A stretch of 20,563 nt of DNA from Catajapyx aquilonaris. Taxonomy: Eukaryota. Under the pieces are notes generated by a model. That model was given only the letters and a program-made list of their open reading frames with translations, searched no databases and had not been told where the DNA came from. The position numbers were made by a program, and so were the translations under genes. The stretch spans positions 62,001-82,563 of the forward strand of contig KZ538329.1 in NCBI GenBank assembly GCA_000934665.2, read 5' to 3'. Positions within the stretch are counted from its first letter, which is position 1. The number at the start of each line of letters is the position of its first letter. Shown here one piece after another: positions 13,304 to 20,563 of this stretch.

Positions 13304-16300
13304 CTCTGGCTCTGCCTCCTCTCTCTTGACGGGCCTCAACATTCCATTGTCCAGACCCCCGACTTCGCCAATATCTTCTGCCAAAAAAAAAAGGTCACGT
13401 GCAAAAATCGCCCTCCCCTTACACACACACACAAAAGAGAAGGAAACGGCCCCACCATTCTTTCCTTCGCCAATTCCCACATGAACTACGAATTCAATAA
13501 CTCTTTTTGCGGAGATTCCGCTAATGGGACCTGCCCCTCTCAATATCGCTGTCATTCCCACACGTATTTTTTTGTGCCAAGGATTTGCCGGAATTTCCTA
13601 GAATTTCCAGCATCTCTCTGGATTTATCCCTCTCACTGCTATATGCTGACGACAGTTGACACTAAGGTTGTGGTTATATCCAGCAACAAAAAAAATGCAC
13701 TATAACGTAAAATGAATTTTAAATGTCTTCCACTGAATGAAGTAAGCAGTGCGGAATATGCGATTTTTTTTTTGCCCAAGAGTGATGACGTCATTTGTGC
13801 CCCCCCCCCCCCCCCCCCCCAAGCTCATTCGTACCTCTTCCACAAAAGGGCTTTTTAAGTGCTAGTTAATTTCCGTGCGAAATTAATTTCACAGTTAACA
13901 TTCATAGACGCCCTAATCCTCGACCTCGCCCGTTCGAAAGATTGCTATAAAAATGTGTTGAATGCAGAAGATTTATAGGCATTTCGAGAGTGAACAGAAT
14001 TAGAAGCGTTGCATTTTTTTTAAATGGAGACGCAAGGGGTTCGTCAAAGTATTTTCGTACCCGTAGCATGTAGAACAAGCGGCACATCAATAAATTCCTT
14101 CTCAAGAATTCCTGGGCTATTAATATTCCGAAGTTACAGTGCGGAAAAATTAAATTTTAATGCACTTTTGTACTGCGATTCCAGCAGCACAGGACAGCCA
14201 ACCCGCCTCTTCATTATTCACATGCAGAATAATTATACGGGGGAGGTTTTCACGGCATAATGCACATATCCTGCTGCCCTTGGCATGCTGAATTTATTAC
14301 CCGAGGATTACTGGGATCGGCCGCCCAATAGTGTAAGCCCCCTGCACAATCTGTATACATGTTTGCATGTTTTGCTGCTCAAATCCAAGCTGACATGTAA
14401 CAACATGTCCACCTCAAATAAGCAACGAATTGTCGAGCACCACAGTTTGTAATCACAGCAAATGTGCCTTGTTCTCACTCATGGAAAAAAACAAACTATA
14501 ATTGATACGTGTCTGCTCGGTATACAAAAGGTGTATGGAAACAATGCATCTTTTTTCGGTCCATCGCTATGCCTTAATTCGTATACTGACACCACAATGA
14601 CCCAAACTACGACACCAAGAAATGCGAGGCATGTCGCACTCCTTTTGTGGGCCAGTTTCCTTTATTTTGATGTCAGTGAAATAAACATGGCCTCCCCGAC
14701 TCTCCTGTCCCGAAACGCGTCCAATAACGAGCAGTGTTCCCAGATAAATTGCAGCTCCGTTTTTTCCAGCAGTGACAGGCATCACCGGCTGATAAATGAA
14801 ACCTCGGGCGCCTCAAATTGTACCGGGGAAAACAAGCTATCTCCTTTAAAGGCGTGGGTCGCGTGACTGGAGCCCCGAAAGAGCGATTCTCACTGCAATA
14901 TGACTTTTTCTGCAGGAAAAAAACGGCACCAACCTCCGCATATACAAGGAAGGCTGGAAAAACTGACCGTAAAAAAACGGTACTTGCCATAAAGATGCCA
15001 TTGTTGCTGTGTTCATACGTGGCCTCCAGCATCCACGACACAATCTGCAACAAAAGATACAGCTTTTTTAGTTGTATTACGTTACTGGACTACTGGCACT
15101 GTACGACAGTAGCCAACGTGCATCAGGTGGCTTTTTTAAAATTTAGAGGTTGTGACACCGCTCACTAGAGGGCAGTGGCGTCTGGGTGTGGGACCTGGTG
15201 GGAAGGGCTCTTTTGTAGAGGGTCGCGAGACGGCCTGGTTGCGGGCCAGTCGTTATAAATGGGTTGCTCCAAACCTGTGTAGTATTGGACCACGAGTCCA
15301 CAAGTAACCTTGAGGGGTCAGGAAGAATAATACGCATATTATGGCTACAAAATGTGGCGCACATAATTGCATTTTCTGATCTACTGACATCTCCAGCCCA
15401 CTGAGTGACCAATCATCCAAACAGATCAAGCTCTGCACCCTTTATCTACAGAATTGAATTCTGAAACGGGTTTCTTCACCGGTCAAAACCAGCCCCTTAT
15501 ATAAATCCAGGAGTCCAGCTGCTGCCTTTAATCCTCCAGGGGTATACCAGAAGCAGCCAGAAAACGAAGTGGGCAATGCCAAGTCGTTAGGATCGATTTC
15601 CTCTTTCTTTCTTTCTTTTTTTATTTTATCTGAAACCCTTCTGCCCCCCCACCACTGTCCCTTGTCTTCTGGTTAAAAGCCCGGTCCGGTTCCGGTGCTT
15701 GCAATCATAGAGAAACGACCACTCCGACCACCTATCAAATGGCCACTTTCGAACCGGCCACCAGAATGGGTGCTATTTATGCCTTCCCGTCACCGGTTGT
15801 GCCACCGATCATGCAAAAAGTTCCGCTCATCAACCACCCTCCAGGCTTTGTACAGGGATGGACCCCCACTTGCGGGGAAAAAATTATTGAATTTACACCA
15901 GGGTTATAGGAGCATTAATCAGTCGTGTCAGGAGCCTCCGGACTAATTTGCTTTGCCGCAAACTGCTGGCCAAAATAACTGCTCCCATCGGTGAGTTATG
16001 CACCGAATTTATCACGGCTTTTCACTTGTGCCCTTTCTGTAAATAAGTAATCAGGCCCGCTTTAGCAGCCTGTAAGTCAGGTGACTGCAACTTTTCATTT
16101 TGCACATGTCACTGACACAGCAGGATGGCTTAGGTAATACCTCTAGACTGATTATGCAATGTATCATTAATAACAACAGCAGGATAGTTATACAAGTAGT
16201 TCATCGCCTAAAAAATATTCCACGTGAAATATAAAATAAGTGTTAAGATCAGCACCCCTTTAGAGAAAGTGAATTACAACGTATGAAAGGAAATGTTCGC

Positions 16301-19300
16301 AAAATATTTTCCAAAAAACTGCGCAGAAAAAAAAAAATCCAAATCAACAGTGTTTCATTACCTCATATTAACCAACCAGCGTCATTAACGGTTGACATAA
16401 CCCCAAAAAGTGGCATAATTTTGCATGAACCATCATCGCTTGATAGTTAAGTCTTCCGATCATGTTTTACAGACGTGACTGTAAAGGAGCAGGTCCATCA
16501 GTAAAGTTGCAGCTGGAAAGTAGGAGTAGACCTATACAGCAGTAACTTTATCAATAAGTTTAACCTCACAATGTCAGTTCTGAAGTCACGAGTCGAGGCC
16601 CCGCTGCCTCGTCTTGGAATCCGATTTTCATTCGGCCAAAAAAAGAAAGAAAGAAAAGGAAATCGATCCAATGCAATAATTCCAACTTCCTCTTTTGCAT
16701 AAACTCGACTACCGTTTCCAATAGCGCTTATCGCAGCTCGGGTCAGAGAATTTCCACCGAGACTCCCGAGAAAAAGGAAACGGGCTACTGACACACAAGG
16801 TGGAAAAATATCTCGGTTGAAATTCTCAAATTGTAGCTACACATGCAATAACTTGTATATGCCAAACATTGTAGGCTATATGCAGCGCAGAGAAAAATAA
16901 TGGTTGCGCAATAAGGGTTCAGATGCGTCTTGGGACTGGTCGTCTGACAGGTGACATTTTGACTCGGTTTTCACCTGCTTAAAAAAATAATTCTATGCCC
17001 CACACGCGACATGAAGACAGGGCCAAATCAAACTGCAAGTGCAAAACTGCAAACTTCAGCTCTCGCCAAAGAAAATCCCATCGGTTTGTCAATGTAACCC
17101 GCAGCAATTATTGGCAAGTCACAAAGTAAATCCATGCAGGTCGCTCCTGGTGCCACGCGCAAAAAAAAAAAACCATCCACGTAATTACAAACGGCACTTT
17201 TAATTGATTAACGTGGTCCGCAGAGCAGGCCAATTTCTGCAAAGAGATCGATAGGCAGTTTTATGCAGGATTAGGAGCGCGCCAGGCCAATTGTTTTTAG
17301 AGTTCCATTCACACTTAAGCCTTGATGCCACTTACCCATTTTTTACACATAACTTTAAGGACGGCTATGTCGCAGCCGGATTTTCATGCTCCATCAAACT
17401 CAAAATTTACCGTCCCATTTCCTCCACAAAAAAAAACAAAAACTACGAGACATTTCTTGCTTACGTCCAAGTATACCCGCAAATGTGCAGTACTACACTC
17501 GTGTGCGGAATAGTGCCAAGATGGACCTAATTCAAACCTCCCCCCCTCCTCTCTGGAAATGCCTTGCTCCGTTGACGTCACAGATGACGTCTTTCCTGGA
17601 CCGCAGCGGAATCAAGGAGTGTACCCGACCTAAATGCCACCTAGGAGAGTTGGCTTCAAAATTCATTTTCCGCTTATTAAATAATAATTGCTTATAGGCT
17701 TGTTCCACTTAGGATTATACGTAATTGGTTGCCACGTTTGCCGCTATGGCTGGATCTATCCTTACACAATTGTTTGGGGGGAAAAAAACAACATCCAGAC
17801 AAAATATATACCTACCGCACCGCACCACGAGGGATTATATGCTGCCCGGTTAGTTTGTGCAAACAAAATCCTGTATGCCTACAGCGATTATGCATTCTAG
17901 GGGGGGTTATCAGCCTCCTACTTGAACTATTTACATACCATGGGCCAGTGTACGTGAAGTGCACACAGCACGCAAATGTTGGTTAGAAATATTCATCACA
18001 TCTACGTTCGCATATCAAAGTTTTATCGGTACATAGCCCGTATGAACTCCATTAACGTAACCTGAATTACATTCCGACTACCGGTACCAATGTAATAATA
18101 ATTACAGTGTTTTAATAATTGATAAGGTCGAGTCAATATCCTGTTCTTTGTATGTACGACAGTGTGTGGAGTCACCAATCAAAACGCAATATGTGCACAG
18201 TTATGCACACTGATCTGGTAAAACACAGTCCCGGATTACATCGATTCAACTGTCACTTCCAATATTTTAAAATATAAATACCATGCCTTCAATATTGGCA
18301 GAAAATTAGTCGCTACAGTACTACCCGTTTGTATAAACGGCGCCTGTCAGGAATGAAGGGCAAATTCTTAACCTGTCACTCACAATAAATCCGAACATAT
18401 TGTTGCCGAAAAGGTCAAACTTCAAACAAGCTCCACGGTAAATTAGCAGCTAAATGGCGGGCCAATACATTTCATTTTCGAGTTGACAGCTCTATACCCA
18501 TGGCAGGTGGATTTCCCCACTTATCTTTGCCCAGTCATAGACATTTCTATGATATGCGGTGAGACTCGAATTGAATGGCACACTCCATATCTGAATACCA
18601 ATTCATGCAGGCTACGCATCGGAAGTCATGTCACCACCGGCACTGTAATGCAGGCGGATATGGTAATGACTGTAATGCAATCGGACTGTAAATAACTCAA
18701 AAGAGAACGTTGCACCTGGCAAACCAGCACTTTGCGATTCCCTACACACGTTTTACATCGGATTTGCACAGGTGTTTCATTTTAACTCTTGGAATTGTGC
18801 ATGTGCCACAGGATATAGCAATATCAGAGGTTTAAATTAATGCACCAAAATACATTTTATGGACTGCACCGTTCTATGCGCAGTTTTTGATTAGATCTCC
18901 AGGCGTTTTACTACATCAATTTAGGAAGTCTACCACCCTGCATTTTTTTTGCAACAAATAATGAGAATGCATTACAATATCATTGCTAACGATTCTCAAA
19001 AACATTTACATATACACTACTACAAACCATCACGGTATATCCGCAGAAGTTCACTGTATTCGTGCCCGATAATTTAGGAAAAAAAGTGCATCAATTCCTA
19101 TAAAATTCGTCCGGTCAACATACCCTTACTAACAAAAATCGCATGCACATAAGTGTTGGAACTGTAAAGGACCGGAATCTGTTCCGCCCTTTAGTACACG
19201 CCGCTACAAATCGACCCGTGAAAAAAAAACCAATGTATAGAGACAGCCCAAGAGTATGTAAGTCAACATTAGAAAGCACGTCCGAGACTCGGTGACATGT

Positions 19301-19845
19301 TGATCCCAAATACAAAATCCCAAGAGCACACAATAACTGAGGGGGGGGGGGGGGNGGGGGGGCGACCGCCTATCGACAGGAAGGGCTAATAGAGAAAGTC
19401 TAGCGGGGCAAAACCCAAGAGCCTCACTTGATTAAATCCCCACCAACAGCACAGGTAATCCACAGGCAAAATTATGACTTACCGCCCGCCTAATTACAGG
19501 GCAGAATCACGCCAATGAAACTCAATTGGGGCCCGACCGCAAATGTATCATCGGTCCGAGGCCGATTCATATCCGAGAGTGCAGCAAGGGTCCCGCAACT
19601 CATCGGCAGGACCTCTCGTTCAAAATATTCGGCTGACTCATACTGCCTCTCACCTGTTTGGTAGGTTCAAAAACCATTCCGGTTTATTGTACTGTACGTA
19701 CACACATGCCAGGGTGAATCACCATGTGTTGACGCATCTCTATCCAAGTAGGTCAAAATTCTTTCACGTAATATCTACCTGGAAAAAAAGGGGTAGACAG
19801 ACTACGATTGCAGGGAAGTGACTCCTACAGCTGTTCATTAAAAAA

Positions 19846-20244
19846 TCTTACATAATAAAGGATAAAGTTTCTCTGTTTGTATCACCGGGCCACCTAACCC
19901 ACTTCTGGACTGCTGAGAGTACTGAAACTTGGTACACTGATGGAGTATGTGCTGACTGAAGAATTACAAACAAAAAAACTTTTTGAGTCCCAATACCCAA
20001 TATTTAGGATTTGATCTACATATGTGATTTTTTAAACGAGCGCAACCGACTGCACAACACAGTACGCGCAAATTGTTTCCAACACTTAGCTTGAGGAGGT
20101 AACAATATGGCCGACTTTTACGATGTTGCCAATGCTCTGTAACGAACCTTAGAGGCTACCTGAGGAGTAACTGTAGCAACGTTGTTGTCGGAACACTTGC
20201 GCGAGTGTGGGTGCGCAATCGGTTGCGCTCGTAAAAAAAATCCA
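19846..20244 (+). mobile_element. 5' part of a non-autonomous Helitron (insect type)
   Basis: A|TCTTACATAATAAAGGATAAAGTTTCTCTGTTTGT start and internal CTGAAACTTGGTACAC motif resemble insect Helitron/DINE-like elements; own 3' end not seen, right boundary uncertain. Confidence 0.55.
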
Positions 20245-20475
20245 TCTATACTTTCTATAATATTAAAATCCTTGCGGGAGTTGGCCGAGCCCTCTGATTG
20301 GTCCGCCGCATATTGTTACCGCCACCTCCCCATTGGCCCGCGTTCTACTCATGCGCAATGGGGGTGTAAACAACTCCTGTTTGGTTGCCGGGGAAACTGT
20401 CCATTCCCCGGCGATATGGTGCGCCGAATAGGTACCCCAGCCCGTAGGCCTAGAAAAGAGCGAGCGTTTTCCTAG
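20245..20475 (+). mobile_element. non-autonomous mini-Helitron, copy 1 of a tandem
   Basis: A|TCTATACTTTCTATAATATTAAAAT 5' end and ...CCTAGAAAAGAGCGAGCGTTTTCCTAG 3' end (CTAG 20472-20475). Confidence 0.82.
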
Positions 20476-20563
20476 TCTATAATATTAAAATGCTTGCGGA
20501 CGGCCGCCGAGCCCTCCGATTGGTCCGCCCCCGTATTATTGCCGCCACCTCCCCATTGGCCCC
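20476..20563 (+). mobile_element. mini-Helitron, tandem copy 2 (truncated by window edge)
   Basis: Restarts TCTATAATATTAAAATGCTTGCGG...GCCGAGCCCTCCGATTGGTCCGCC...CCGCCACCTCCCCATTGGCCC directly after CTAG; a diverged direct repeat of 20254-20339. Confidence 0.85.

Noticed and set aside
15151..15310. Possible solo LTR (TG start, TATAAAT)
   Set aside because: No matching terminus with a TSD, and no PBS, PPT or second copy.
19477..19490. Consensus minus-strand donor CG|GTAAGT as the end of a JNK 5'UTR exon
   Set aside because: Several GTAAGT hexamers occur by chance in the region; it cannot be singled out without cDNA.
5033..20563. Numerous 60-134 aa ORFs in the six-frame track
   Set aside because: No recognisable domains; many start at non-ATG codons, run through microsatellites or lie in non-autonomous TEs; consistent with chance ORFs.

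Overview
Eukaryotic, most likely insect (arthropod), genomic DNA. The minus strand of 1360-4929 carries six coding exons of a c-Jun N-terminal kinase (JNK/basket orthologue; TPY activation loop, about 344 aa in the window). The last coding exon(s) lie beyond the left edge. The rest (5033-20563) is non-coding 5' intron or upstream DNA rich in short non-autonomous transposons: a TA-flanked Tc1/mariner-pogo-type MITE with a nested tRNA-derived SINE, a second inverted fragment of that MITE, another small inverted-repeat element, and several mini-Helitrons. One Helitron hosts a second SINE and another forms a head-to-tail tandem. The most interesting signals are isoform switches in JNK (duplicated in-frame 5' donor, candidate 45-nt cassette exon, alternative 3' acceptors that include or skip a strong uORF) and Helitrons carrying CCAAT, NRF1-like and CTCF-like motifs. 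None of the other ORFs in the track look like real genes. I see no evidence for a wholly new multi-gene system.
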